Assembly: GCA_958296135.2 (NCBI GenBank)
Contig: CATQHZ020000001.1
Coordinates: forward strand, 3,200,001 to 3,264,000
Direction: 5' to 3'
Source of the DNA: an uncultured Poribacteria bacterium
GTDB lineage: Bacteria; Poribacteria; WGA-4E; WGA-3G
Length of the DNA: 64,000 nt
Made by a program: the position numbers and the translations under genes
Shown: positions 50,790 through 61,058 of the stretch, one piece after another
Numbering within the stretch: position 1 is the first letter of the stretch
How the letters are laid out: each line of letters begins with the position of its first letter
Notes under the pieces: generated by a model
What the model was told of the DNA's origin: nothing
Database searches by the model: none
The model's input: only the letters and a program-made list of their open reading frames with translations

Positions 50790-51416
50790 TTAGTTCCGCT
50801 GCACCTTGAACTTGAAGACGAATGTCGTCTGCTGTTCATTAAATTCGCTGGTGACTCTGGGTACGATAATCCGCAGGTTGCTGTAGTTAATACTCCGCTT
50901 TGGAAAATAGAGGAAAAAGCGGGTATGTTGCCTCGGCATGACGGTAGTCTTCTCAATATCTTCCCTGGGTAAGACGGCCGGATCTCCTTGTATGCGGATG
51001 GCTTTGTCCCAGCGGAACACCTCAGCGGCGAATTCGGGCGGCAGTTTCGGCCTGAAATTTTTCTTCAGGTAAAAGGATTCCTGCGATTTGTCTATCGGTT
51101 TGGTGACTTTCCCAGTCCCATCAAGCATCTGGCAATCCTTCTTTTTCAAGGAGATCCAGTGGTTCGTGCCGTTATAGATAAAGATACCGAACGCGTCAAC
51201 AGCCTTGACATCGTTAAGCGGGACTGCCATCGCTTTCACGCCGTTTCTGACGTAGCCGATGGTGCCTGTCTGCGGCATGATGGTGGCATCCGGGTCGAAA
51301 ACCGGAACGATTACCTCCGGTTGGAAGGTATCCTTGATGAAATCGGGCACCTTCGCGCAACCGAAGTGCGCGCATGCCAAGAATAGCAAGGCGACAATGT
51401 GCATCACTGTTTTCAT
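50790..51416 (-). CDS. hypothetical lipoprotein
   Basis: HFGC lipobox-like motif; GGAGG upstream. Confidence 0.7.
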   Translation of the reverse strand: MKTVMHIVALLFLACAHFGCAKVPDFIKDTFQPEVIVPVFDPDATIMPQTGTIGYVRNGVKAMAVPLNDVKAVDAFGIFIYNGTNHWISLKKKDCQMLDGTGKVTKPIDKSQESFYLKKNFRPKLPPEFAAEVFRWDKAIRIQGDPAVLPREDIEKTTVMPRQHTRFFLYFPKRSINYSNLRIIVPRVTSEFNEQQTTFVFKFKVQRN

Positions 51417-51628
51417 GTTTCTCTCGTGAACCTCCGATCGATTTTTTTCTAGGGCGTGGGTACGCCGCCGCATGAAGATTAAGAAAATAAACAGGTCATT
51501 TCCTGCACTAGGAGCCGGTCTCCCGTATACGGAGAATCTGATTATGGGCGGATAGAGACAGCCGGCCTTACACTCTTTTGAAAATAACCGCCTTAATTAC
51601 TGAAACTTCATAACGGGGGCGTATTCGG

Positions 51629-52519
51629 TTACTGCCCGCTTTGGTCTAAGACTTCCCGGAAGTCTTCCGGTGAGTCTGCGAGGATTGCAGCGCGATGCAA
51701 CTGCTTAAGGCGTTGCAAGTCGTCAATTGCCTCCAGTCGCGGCTTGAAGCGGTTGGCAGCGTCGGGTTGCAAGCGGAGTTCCAGCACCTCAAGGATGCTC
51801 TCAAGGGCGTTGTTTCTTTCACCTTGTTGAATCCCCTTTTGCCGCTCCACGGCGGACCAGTATTGGACCAGTTCAGATTCGTACATAGTTTCCTCCGTTA
51901 ACACCTTCCAAAGCAGTTGGCGGTCGTACGTTAAATTACTTAACACCGCCATTCCGCCCAAATACGCAGGCTTGTTTGGCACATCAACACTATCGGCAAC
52001 TCGCACACACCGCCGCAGCCACTCCTCTTGGCTAACATTCGCCGGCCGCTTCATCAGCGGCGTAAAAGGGATTAACCCCTCAATTTTCGCGTTGAGAACC
52101 TGCTCTCCATCCATATCGATCAGCCGAAAAACTTGATACTCAACGAAAACGCTGTTGCCCAGTTCCTCTTGCACAAATCGTCCCGGGTCGTTTCGGCCAG
52201 CATTGGAACGAAGGTAGATGACACTGGAGAATACAGGCACCCGATAGGTTTTAATCAACCATATAATATACCATGCCATTCGGAGTGCCATGGGTGGTTC
52301 GTAACTATCCGCCGTCTGGAACTCAAAATGGATGAGGATTTCTCGACCGCTCTCAAACTTCACCTTGATGAGAACATCCGCGCTGTGCGATTCAACGGTG
52401 GGTTGCTCCGGCGTAAGCACCTCTACCTCGGTGCCTTCTGACAACTCAAAGCGGAGGCGCGCGAAGTCCTTCGGATTCTCGTGTGCATGTTTTTTAGAGA
52501 CAGTATCAAAAGATAGCAT
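51629..52519 (-). CDS. Rpn/YhgA-like PD-(D/E)xK nuclease (putative transposase)
   Basis: ADVLIKV...HFEFQ, MALRMAWY, low-complexity C-terminal helix. Confidence 0.8.
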   Translation of the reverse strand: MLSFDTVSKKHAHENPKDFARLRFELSEGTEVEVLTPEQPTVESHSADVLIKVKFESGREILIHFEFQTADSYEPPMALRMAWYIIWLIKTYRVPVFSSVIYLRSNAGRNDPGRFVQEELGNSVFVEYQVFRLIDMDGEQVLNAKIEGLIPFTPLMKRPANVSQEEWLRRCVRVADSVDVPNKPAYLGGMAVLSNLTYDRQLLWKVLTEETMYESELVQYWSAVERQKGIQQGERNNALESILEVLELRLQPDAANRFKPRLEAIDDLQRLKQLHRAAILADSPEDFREVLDQSGQ

Positions 52520-52628
52520 GGGGGCCCCTACCGCCGCAGGAATGTAGAGCGAGGAACCGGCGATGCTAATCGCCGAGGGTACCCCCTCGCCCAGACCAGA
52601 TCTGCCATAGGCACGCTGACAACCGCGC

Positions 52629-53588
52629 CTACCGGCACATGGCGAATGCAAGCATCGCTGCACCGACGATGCCTGCCCTGTTGCCGAGGTGTGCTGGCAC
52701 AATCTTCATCATCGCCGGGATGTCCATCGCGCGGTTGACGAATGTTGCCCGGATAGGTTCAAAAAGCAATCTCTCGCCTGCTTCAGCGATGCCGCCACCA
52801 ATAATCGCAACTTCAGGGTTCAGAATGTGCGCGATAGAGGTGAGAGCAATACCGATATACCGGCCCGTTTCAGCGAAAATTTCGAGGGCGAGGCTGTCAC
52901 CGGCATGAGCCGCCCCAGCTATCCGTTTCGGTGTGAGAGATGCATCAGGAACCAAATTGGTGTTTCTGCCATCCGCTATTTTCTCCAGCACCCGTTCAAC
53001 GATATTTTTTGCACCCGCGTAAGCCTCCAGACAGCCTTGGTTGCCACAGCCGCAGTAACGTCCGTTCGGTTCAACGACGGTGTGCCCAAGTTCCCCAGCG
53101 GTATTTCGGCTCCCGTGGTAAACCTGTCCATCAATGACAACGCCGCCGCCAACCCCGGTGCCGAGTGTGAGCGCGACGATATTCTGGTAACCAATGCCAG
53201 CACCGTGGCGGAATTCGCCTAATGTCATTGCGTTCACATCGTTGTCCATGAAGACCGGAAGAGAACGAGGCCCCAATCCCATTTTGACGTAATCCACGAG
53301 AGGGATATCTGTCCAGCCGGGGAAGTTCGGCGAAAAGTGGACGACACCGGTATCCGCGAGGATTAACCCCGGCGCGCCGAGTCCTATTCCGATGATAGCG
53401 GTAACGCGTTGATGCTCTGCTTGGGCAAGCACCTCTCGAACTGTTTCCACAATCCGCGACGCAACAGCCCTCGGCCCCGCACTCACATGGGTAGGCCGCA
53501 CCACTTGGCACGAAATATCACCTATTGCTGAGACAAGTCCGGCTTTGATGGCTGTTCCGCCAAGGTCGATGCCGATGCTATGTTTCAT
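52629..53588 (-). CDS. ROK family sugar kinase (glucokinase-like)
   Basis: GIDLGGT, NDVN, GELGH, CGCGNQGCLE. Confidence 0.92.
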   Translation of the reverse strand: MKHSIGIDLGGTAIKAGLVSAIGDISCQVVRPTHVSAGPRAVASRIVETVREVLAQAEHQRVTAIIGIGLGAPGLILADTGVVHFSPNFPGWTDIPLVDYVKMGLGPRSLPVFMDNDVNAMTLGEFRHGAGIGYQNIVALTLGTGVGGGVVIDGQVYHGSRNTAGELGHTVVEPNGRYCGCGNQGCLEAYAGAKNIVERVLEKIADGRNTNLVPDASLTPKRIAGAAHAGDSLALEIFAETGRYIGIALTSIAHILNPEVAIIGGGIAEAGERLLFEPIRATFVNRAMDIPAMMKIVPAHLGNRAGIVGAAMLAFAMCR

Positions 53589-54775
53589 GAGACTTTTTGG
53601 ACGCTTGCCCCATCACCCACAGTGCACAAGTAGATTTCAGGTTCAATGCCCGCCTGTTGGACGTATTCCCTCATGATGCGCGTGCGTAAGGTTTCCACCG
53701 CGTCCCGATGTGCGAGCGTGACGGTGCATCCGCCGAACCCCGCGCCTGTCATCCGCGTGCCGAGGACACCCGCGATGCCTCCCGCAATCTCCGTGAGCAA
53801 ATCCAATTCTTTGCAACTCACTTTGTAATCGTCGCGTAACCCGCGATGCGAGGCATTCATTAGATTTCCAAACGCAGGCAAGTCGCCCGCTTTCAGCTCA
53901 TCAATTGCCTGTTGCACGCGCGCGTTCTCTTCAAGCACGTACCGACATCTTTTTTGTGTCAATTCGGGCAGCTCTCCTTCATAATTTTTAAAATCGGTTA
54001 AGTTTACATCCCGAAGTGATGAAATGTCGGGAAACCATCTTTTGAGGATGCCCACCCCTTTTTCGCATTCGGCGCGCCGTTTGTTATATTCGGAAGCCGC
54101 GAGTTCCCGTTTCACCTTCGTATTGCAAATCACGATGACATGTTCCCCTAAATTGAGCGGAACGTGTGTGTGTGCCAATGAACGGCAATCGAGGAACAAC
54201 CCGTGGTCCGCCCGTCCAAAGAGGGAAATAGTCTGATCCATGATGCCACACTTCACGCCGATAAATTCGTGTTCGACGCGTTGACACAGTGTTGCAAGCC
54301 CCTTTTTGTCCATTTCTAAACCATTTGCGGTTAAAAATGCAAGTGCCGAGGAAACAGTCAGCGCGGCGGAGGAACTCAACCCGGCACCTATTGGGACATC
54401 TCCGGTGATGATGGCATCCATCCCGCATAACGTTTTGTCAGAGCGTTGTAGGAGTGTCGCCACGCCGACGAGATATTTACTCCACGTGGGAGCGGAAACC
54501 CACTTTTCGTCGCAGAGCATTGCGAGACTGAATTCATACCGGGCATCAACATCTAAGGCATGCAGAGTGACCTGTCTATCCTTGCGCGGCCGCGCGACGA
54601 TGTGAACATACTTATCGATTGCAACGGGAAACACATAGCCGTCGTTGTAATCTGTATGCTCGCCGATGAGGTTCACCCTACCGGGGGCAGATACGATGAA
54701 TTCAGGGGCTCCGCCGAAGAAGTTTTCGTATGTTCTGTCGTTCGCAAAGCGTTCGGAGGCGTGGGTTAGTGTCAT
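53585..54775 (-). CDS. galK: galactokinase
   Basis: GRVNLIGEHTDYN, GAGLSSSAA, RMTGAGFGG. Confidence 0.96.
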   Translation of the reverse strand: MTLTHASERFANDRTYENFFGGAPEFIVSAPGRVNLIGEHTDYNDGYVFPVAIDKYVHIVARPRKDRQVTLHALDVDARYEFSLAMLCDEKWVSAPTWSKYLVGVATLLQRSDKTLCGMDAIITGDVPIGAGLSSSAALTVSSALAFLTANGLEMDKKGLATLCQRVEHEFIGVKCGIMDQTISLFGRADHGLFLDCRSLAHTHVPLNLGEHVIVICNTKVKRELAASEYNKRRAECEKGVGILKRWFPDISSLRDVNLTDFKNYEGELPELTQKRCRYVLEENARVQQAIDELKAGDLPAFGNLMNASHRGLRDDYKVSCKELDLLTEIAGGIAGVLGTRMTGAGFGGCTVTLAHRDAVETLRTRIMREYVQQAGIEPEIYLCTVGDGASVQKVS

Positions 54776-54969
54776 GTCGTACCTTTACGTAGAGCCGCCC
54801 TCGCCGTTGGCGATGTCTACGTTTTTGTGGTTATTCTAGGTTATACCTTCCTTACGTTCCTTCTCTCCTTCTCTATAGAGGGAGCTATAGAAATCCGCTC
54901 CTATAAACATTGCACGCCTTAGCGGCGTTTTAAAGGAATGGCACTTTCCGCTCTTACGTTCCTTGGCGG

Positions 54970-55743
54970 TTACTGAAAAAACTTGAGGAGTTTCCCCAAG
55001 ACGCTGGGAAGCTCGCCCCGTGAAACATAACAATCCACGCTGATGTCGGATGCTGGACCGTTTTCTGACGTTTGCGCCAAGTGTTGTTCTTCAGGCGCGT
55101 GTAAAGCGGGTTGGAGCGTTGTGGCTCTTTTTCCGATTCGCGAGTGCTCAGCGATAACCAGTTCTCCGACAGGAAAATGCGTTGTGAGCGGCCCCACGTC
55201 TGTTTCTGTTAGCACGGTAATGTGCGGCAGCGATACCGCCGCGAGCCGCTCCATTTCCGCCGCCACGTATGCAGTTGCCGCAAATCCAAGCGGTAACTCT
55301 TGTGGTGCAGCGGGAATAGGCTTCCTTTGATTTGAAAACCTGTCTGTGGCGTACTTTGCACTGACGACGGTAATGAGCGGTAGCCCTTCCTTCACAGCGG
55401 TATCAGTGGCCGTTAAGAGTGCATCAAAGTGAACCCGCGTCGGTATCACATCAGAGCTCGCAATGAACAGACTGACCGGGTATCCAGCGAGAGTACCAGT
55501 GAGCGTTACCGCTGTATCGCCCATCGTAAACGCTGCATCCGTAGCGTCAAGCAAGTGTTGGCACCGTTTTTCAACGGAGAGCGGGAACAGGTGTCCGCAG
55601 TAGGCACAGACGTAGAAGTTGCGTTCAAGTTCGCCTCTGAAAACGAATTCGCTGCAGGCGGCGCACTTATGCCATAAACTGATGCTCTGTTCGGTTCTTT
55701 CGTCGTTCGCGAGGCGTTCGATAAAGGTAGTTGGTGCCATCAT
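54970..55743 (-). CDS. degenerate AccD-like protein
   Basis: LWHKCAAC...YVCAYCGH zinc finger and VD..V.R.EL tail; carboxyltransferase motifs missing. Confidence 0.7.
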   Translation of the reverse strand: MMAPTTFIERLANDERTEQSISLWHKCAACSEFVFRGELERNFYVCAYCGHLFPLSVEKRCQHLLDATDAAFTMGDTAVTLTGTLAGYPVSLFIASSDVIPTRVHFDALLTATDTAVKEGLPLITVVSAKYATDRFSNQRKPIPAAPQELPLGFAATAYVAAEMERLAAVSLPHITVLTETDVGPLTTHFPVGELVIAEHSRIGKRATTLQPALHAPEEQHLAQTSENGPASDISVDCYVSRGELPSVLGKLLKFFQ

Positions 55744-55861
55744 ATCTCTCTGCGTAAGCCATCTTCGCCGTTGGCGAGGACTACGTTGTCGATGCTAGAT
55801 TGATCGGCCACCGAGAGTCGCGCCGGGGGATAGGGGACGTGCTTCCATGCTCAGAAACCTC

Positions 55862-56206
55862 CTATAGAAAACTGGCTATCGCCTCCGCTTCGGTATCGTA
55901 CCGGTCGAAGATTGTCACCAGTTTTGCCATCACGATGAGGCTTCTGATGTTGCCGCCGAGGTTGAGCAGCACGATGCGTCCCTCATTCCGCTTGATAGTG
56001 GAATAGGAGGCAACGAGGATACCCAACCCGGAACTATCCATCATCTGGACACGTGCCATGTTCAGAATCAGATTGAGTTTGCCCTCCGGTGCAGTCTCAA
56101 GCTGTTTGTCGATGACCTTTTTCAGTGCCAGGGTGTCTGTCCCGATGATTTTCCCTTCAATATCTAAAATCGTCACGCTCCCTTTGTGGCGAATGTTGAC
56201 TTGCAT
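55862..56206 (-). CDS. STAS anti-sigma factor antagonist
   Basis: MDSSGLG. Confidence 0.92.
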   Translation of the reverse strand: MQVNIRHKGSVTILDIEGKIIGTDTLALKKVIDKQLETAPEGKLNLILNMARVQMMDSSGLGILVASYSTIKRNEGRIVLLNLGGNIRSLIVMAKLVTIFDRYDTEAEAIASFL

Positions 56207-56278
56207 AGCGTCCTCCCTTCATGAGCGATCCGAGAAAGCCGTTCTCCCCACAGCGTCGGGTGGGGGAGACCTGTGCAT

Positions 56279-56710
56279 CTACCGGATTTCCTCAGGATCT
56301 GGTGTTTCCTTGTATTTCACCATTTTGATAATGGTGCCTTTGGCTTCAAAGTCCACTGAATCCATGCACTCCTCCATGAGGAAAATGCCTCTGCCGCTGC
56401 TTTTGAGCAAGTTGGCCGGGTCGAGCGGGTCGGCGACATCTTCGCGCGTGAATCCGGGGCCCTGGTCTTGGATGATAATCGTCAGTTTTTCCTCAGAGAG
56501 AATGAACTGAAAATCGGCTCGTTTGCCCAGGTCTTCTTTATTGCCGTGCTTGATTGCGTTTGTGCCCGCTTCAATGACAGCAAGATTCACCTGCATCTGG
56601 AGTTCTTCAGCGAAATTCATCTCGCGAAGAATCTCGGTGATGACAACATCCAGCAGGGAAACATGTTGCATTGAGCTTGGGAGAGAAAGGGTGATAACCT
56701 GCTCGCCCAC
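56279..56710 (-). CDS. RsbW-like anti-sigma factor / Ser kinase
   Basis: EAGTNAIKHG, DQGPGF, SGRGIFLM. Confidence 0.92.
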   Translation of the reverse strand: MGEQVITLSLPSSMQHVSLLDVVITEILREMNFAEELQMQVNLAVIEAGTNAIKHGNKEDLGKRADFQFILSEEKLTIIIQDQGPGFTREDVADPLDPANLLKSSGRGIFLMEECMDSVDFEAKGTIIKMVKYKETPDPEEIR

Positions 56711-56847
56711 GTTTCAGCTCCTTTTTTGGTTCAGCCTCATCAGATTTCTGAGGCAATGCTAAATGAAGTAACAGACATGCAAGTCTTGACAACGTCAAGA
56801 CGGCCTGATAAGTCAACGTCAGCTGCCGAGCAGCAGCTGAACAACCG

Positions 56848-58110
56848 CTAGGAATAACAAAAATGCTTGATGACAACTAAGGCGCGGTCATCGCTCGGTT
56901 GCGTGCTACCGCTAAACCGCGCCAGGTCATTTTTAACAAGCTCACAGAACGCCGTGGATGTGAGTGTCCCACTGGCAGCGTGGTGTGCGAGACATGCGGC
57001 AAGCCGTTCTTCGCCGTAGAATACATTTGGCTGCCCCTCCGTCTCGGTGATGCCATCGGTATAGGAGACGAGAATATCGCCAGGGGCAAGGGTGCAGGTT
57101 TTCGTCGTAAACGTTGCTTCCTCAAAAGCCCCCACCAACATCCCGCATGTCTCTAAGAAATCAATTTTTCGCGTGTGATGCTTATAGTGCAATGGATAGC
57201 AATGCCCGCCGTTGGTATACGTGAAAGTTGAAGCCTCTGTATCCAATACGCCGTAAATCATCGTGGCAAAGAGTTCGACATCCGTGTCGCGCACGAGTAA
57301 GTCATTAATCCTTTTGAGAACCGATGCTGGCTCTCTGTAGGGATAGGCGGAAACCGTCAGGGCTTGCTCTTGACTGAGCGTCTCGTCACAGAGCAACCGT
57401 AACGCGGTGCGAATCATTACCATCACGAGTGCTGCCGGAATCCCACTCCCCTTAACGTCACCGATGACAATGCCGATGTGTTTCTCACTGAGTGGGATAA
57501 AATCGTAAAAATCGCCAGAGACAGAGGTTGAACTTTGCAATAACGTCGCGATATCAAACCCCGGTGGACTCGGTGCCTTCTCCGGTAACAATTTCCGCTG
57601 AATTGCTGCAGCCGCCTCAAGGTGTCCCGCGAGTTTTTCAACGCCTTCTTCACTGAACCCGTCGCCCATCGCCTGCATGAGCGGATTGATGTATTTTATG
57701 GGACGGGTTCTTCCCAAGACTGTCTCAACCCGTGCGGTAACTTCCCGCAAATCGAACGGTTTCGTGATATAGTCGTCGGCACCTGTATCCAGGCCGCGCA
57801 ATTTATCTTCTGTTTGCCCGCGCGCCGTGAGCAGAATGACAGGAACCGTTTTCGTCCGCTCGTCCTCCCGGAGTTCTCTGAGGACTTGGAAGCCGTCTTT
57901 ATGCGGCATCATGACATCGAGAAGAACCAGATCTGGGACGTTTGCCTGCGCACGCCGCACACCGCTAGTCCCATCGTTAGCCGTGCGCACGTTAAAGCCA
58001 TCGGATTCCAAACTTATCTTGAGCAGTTCAACGATATCAATATCGTCGTCTATAACCAAAATCGTTTCTGCTGTTGTTCGCAATACGTTCGGAGACGTTG
58101 GTTGGTGCAT
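56848..58110 (-). CDS. receiver domain + PP2C (SpoIIE/RsbU) phosphatase
   Basis: LLDVMMP, KPF; SGDFYD, GDVKG, YTDG, SDD. Confidence 0.92.
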   Translation of the reverse strand: MHQPTSPNVLRTTAETILVIDDDIDIVELLKISLESDGFNVRTANDGTSGVRRAQANVPDLVLLDVMMPHKDGFQVLRELREDERTKTVPVILLTARGQTEDKLRGLDTGADDYITKPFDLREVTARVETVLGRTRPIKYINPLMQAMGDGFSEEGVEKLAGHLEAAAAIQRKLLPEKAPSPPGFDIATLLQSSTSVSGDFYDFIPLSEKHIGIVIGDVKGSGIPAALVMVMIRTALRLLCDETLSQEQALTVSAYPYREPASVLKRINDLLVRDTDVELFATMIYGVLDTEASTFTYTNGGHCYPLHYKHHTRKIDFLETCGMLVGAFEEATFTTKTCTLAPGDILVSYTDGITETEGQPNVFYGEERLAACLAHHAASGTLTSTAFCELVKNDLARFSGSTQPSDDRALVVIKHFCYS

Positions 58111-58307
58111 CGCCGTTCCTTTACGTAATCTGTCTTCGCCGTTGGAGAAGACTACATTTTTGGTGCTACGTTTTATTTTACCAAGGCATGCAAGAAAAGA
58201 CAAGGTTTTTACGGACAACCTGATCAGAAGCAGCCAAACCACCGCTAGGAACGACGAAAGTTGTCAAGTTGGGTTCAGGCGATACCAACCCATAGTTTTC
58301 GTGGTGA

Positions 58308-60683
58308 TTAGGCGAACGGGATAAAGAACTGGAAATTGCTGCCCTGTCCATTATCGCCCGCGTCCACCCATAATTTTCCGTGGTGCGCCTCAACTATCGC
58401 GGCTGCAATGCCGAGCCCTAACCCTGTCCCCCCTTGCTGCCGGGTTTGGACATTTCCGAGTTGGTGGAATCTGTCAAACACCTTTGCCCGTTCCTCCGGC
58501 GGAATGCCGGGGCCGGTGTCAATAATTTCCACATGCAGTCGGGGTGAGCCCTCTGTTGCATCCATGGCTGATATTTTGACGGTTATCCTACCTTGATACG
58601 GCGTAAATTTGATAGCATTGCCGATGAGGTTGATAAACACTTGTCCAATCCGGTCTGCGTCGCCAATCATCATTGGCAGATTGCGTTGCACTTTCAGAAA
58701 CAGCGTGATTGCCTTTTCATCGGCTTGCGGCCGAAGTTCCTCGATACGCTGTTTCGCGATTTGCGCGACGTGAATCTGCTCCTGCTTCATCTCAATGCGT
58801 CCCGCTTCAATGCGCGAAACGTCAAGGAGCTCATTAATGAGCGCGGCGAGCCGTTTTGATTGACGATGTGCGCGGCTCAGGCTCTCATACTGCTTTTCGT
58901 TAATCGCACCCGTCTTTCCATCAAGGATGAGCGAAATAAATCCGATGATAGAGGTAAGCGGTGTGCGCAGTTCATGCGAGACAAGGGAGACGAACTCCGA
59001 CTTCATCCTATCGATTTCATATTCATGTGTGATGTCATCAAAAACATACACGGTGCCGGCTACGTTGTGGCTCTCATCAGAAAATTGACTTGCCACGATG
59101 CGGAGGATTCGGCTTTCATTCACTTTGGCGATGACAGTCTGGTGCTGCGTCGCCTCCCGCTGCGCTGCGGATAGCACGTTGAAATCCGCCGTGAGCGTGA
59201 TGGGTGGCTGCGTCGATGTTGATTGTTTCCGCCAATACATCTTGCCGGTGTCTGTGTCTACCGATGCGAAATTTTCATAGTCGCGCGTGTCGCCGAGATT
59301 AAACAGCATTTCCGCAACCGGATTGACATACAACACGCGTTCGTTTTCGTCAACAACAATCAGTCCTTCGCCGAGGTTCTCAACAATCGCTGTGAGTTTC
59401 TTTTGCTCTCTCGTGAGTTCTTCAACGGCAGTTTTCAGGTTTTGCCGCATGTCGTTGAATTCTTCAACAAGGATACCGACTTCGGTGTCAGAGTCGACAG
59501 CTGTATCAGAAGCGCGTTGCAAGTTGCGCGCGACATCTCCTTCAAATTCGCCATGCCCGATACTATGTGCGGCATGCGCGATTTGCATGATGGGTTTCGT
59601 AATCCGCTGCGCAACCCACCATGCAATAAAGATAACGATAACCGCAGACACAAGCGTCAGATAAAAAATATATCTGTTCAGTCTTTCTACTGCGGCATAA
59701 GCGGCTGCGACAGGACGTGAGACGAAAACCATCCAGTTGCTAAAATTTTGTTGCGCCTTCCACGGTGCAGAAGGTGCAGGTTGTGTTCTGGCCCATCCGT
59801 AGACGCGCTTCTCTCCAAAGTTATCGTCTTCTCCTTCTGATTCATACCCGTAATACTTTCCGATGTCGCCTCTTTTTGCCTCTACGATTGCAGCAGTGGC
59901 GGCATCGCTCATCTCGTAACCGCCGCGTGCGTATCCGCTCCCCGGCGAGGCGGCGATAATCGTGCCAGAGCCGGTTGTCAAAAAGGTGTACGTCTCTTCG
60001 GTATCCGGTCGCGATTCCACCAGATTCGTCAATTCCGGTAGCAATAACTCGGTTTTCAGCACACCGACAACTATCTTCCCGTTTCTGATTGGCAGTGCCA
60101 TCTGTAGGACATGCACGTCTCGCGCGTCATCATAAGTGACATCGGCGACGAGAGGGTAACCGATGCCATTGTTGTAGGCATTTTGCCACCAGTCTTCGTT
60201 GTTGACGCGATGTGGCATCCGTTTTTTCGTGTCGTAATCCACCCCCGGGTCGTTTGAGCGCAGCACGTATCCGGCTGCGTTCGTAATCGTTACCTCACTG
60301 CCATAACCTGCGTACGCCTCAAGCAGTCGGATGCTATCTTCTAAGCGCGCCCACACTGTCAAAAAGACTACCTGTTTTCTATTCGCAGTGTTGGAGCGGA
60401 TGACAGCTGCCGTGAGATTCGGTAGTTCGCCGTGGATATTTGCCATCTTCTCGGCGATAGCAAGATCTGCGCGGTAGAGTTTCTCTTCTGCTAATAGCAC
60501 GAGGCTGTCGCCAACGCTGCCTTTCAAGGCGTTCTCACCGAGCACTTTGATAGTGAGTGAGACAGCGAACAGGGGCATCAGTGAAACGAATAGGAACAGG
60601 ATAATCTGCTGTCCGCGTAAGCCTATTTTAAACGGTGAGCGTTTCGCCGATTGTTCGCCTTTCATAGCCCACCTCGCGCCCAT
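58308..60683 (-). CDS. Cache-HAMP-PAS sensor histidine kinase
   Basis: Two TM segments, SHELRTPL, NLIGNAIKF, GTGLGL. Confidence 0.93.
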   Translation of the reverse strand: MGARWAMKGEQSAKRSPFKIGLRGQQIILFLFVSLMPLFAVSLTIKVLGENALKGSVGDSLVLLAEEKLYRADLAIAEKMANIHGELPNLTAAVIRSNTANRKQVVFLTVWARLEDSIRLLEAYAGYGSEVTITNAAGYVLRSNDPGVDYDTKKRMPHRVNNEDWWQNAYNNGIGYPLVADVTYDDARDVHVLQMALPIRNGKIVVGVLKTELLLPELTNLVESRPDTEETYTFLTTGSGTIIAASPGSGYARGGYEMSDAATAAIVEAKRGDIGKYYGYESEGEDDNFGEKRVYGWARTQPAPSAPWKAQQNFSNWMVFVSRPVAAAYAAVERLNRYIFYLTLVSAVIVIFIAWWVAQRITKPIMQIAHAAHSIGHGEFEGDVARNLQRASDTAVDSDTEVGILVEEFNDMRQNLKTAVEELTREQKKLTAIVENLGEGLIVVDENERVLYVNPVAEMLFNLGDTRDYENFASVDTDTGKMYWRKQSTSTQPPITLTADFNVLSAAQREATQHQTVIAKVNESRILRIVASQFSDESHNVAGTVYVFDDITHEYEIDRMKSEFVSLVSHELRTPLTSIIGFISLILDGKTGAINEKQYESLSRAHRQSKRLAALINELLDVSRIEAGRIEMKQEQIHVAQIAKQRIEELRPQADEKAITLFLKVQRNLPMMIGDADRIGQVFINLIGNAIKFTPYQGRITVKISAMDATEGSPRLHVEIIDTGPGIPPEERAKVFDRFHQLGNVQTRQQGGTGLGLGIAAAIVEAHHGKLWVDAGDNGQGSNFQFFIPFA

Positions 60684-60689
60684 TGCGCG

Positions 60690-61028
60690 TTAGGAAAAAG
60701 CGGAAATCGCGCTTTCCTCTGTATCGTAGATTTCAAGGACAGACGCGAGGTGTGTCACCTCCAAGATGTCCCGAACCGCCTGCTGTGGGTTGAGCAAAAC
60801 GAGTTTCCCACCGGATTTTTGGAAGCCCTGAAGGGTCAGAATAATGGCACCGAGGGCACTGCTATCAATCAGCGGGACATTCATGAGCTCAACGACGAGG
60901 TTTCTGTTCCCTTTTGCCAACTGTCGTTCCATCGCTTCCTGAAAGGTATCCGCGGTGCTGCCGATGATTTTCCCCTCAATGTGAAGGATAGAGACATTTT
61001 GCGCACGCGTTGTTGTATCAAAATTCAT
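60690..61028 (-). CDS. STAS anti-sigma factor antagonist
   Basis: IDSSALG. Confidence 0.9.
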   Translation of the reverse strand: MNFDTTTRAQNVSILHIEGKIIGSTADTFQEAMERQLAKGNRNLVVELMNVPLIDSSALGAIILTLQGFQKSGGKLVLLNPQQAVRDILEVTHLASVLEIYDTEESAISAFS

Positions 61029-61058
61029 AGCGTTTTTTTCACACTCCTCTCTTCAGAA

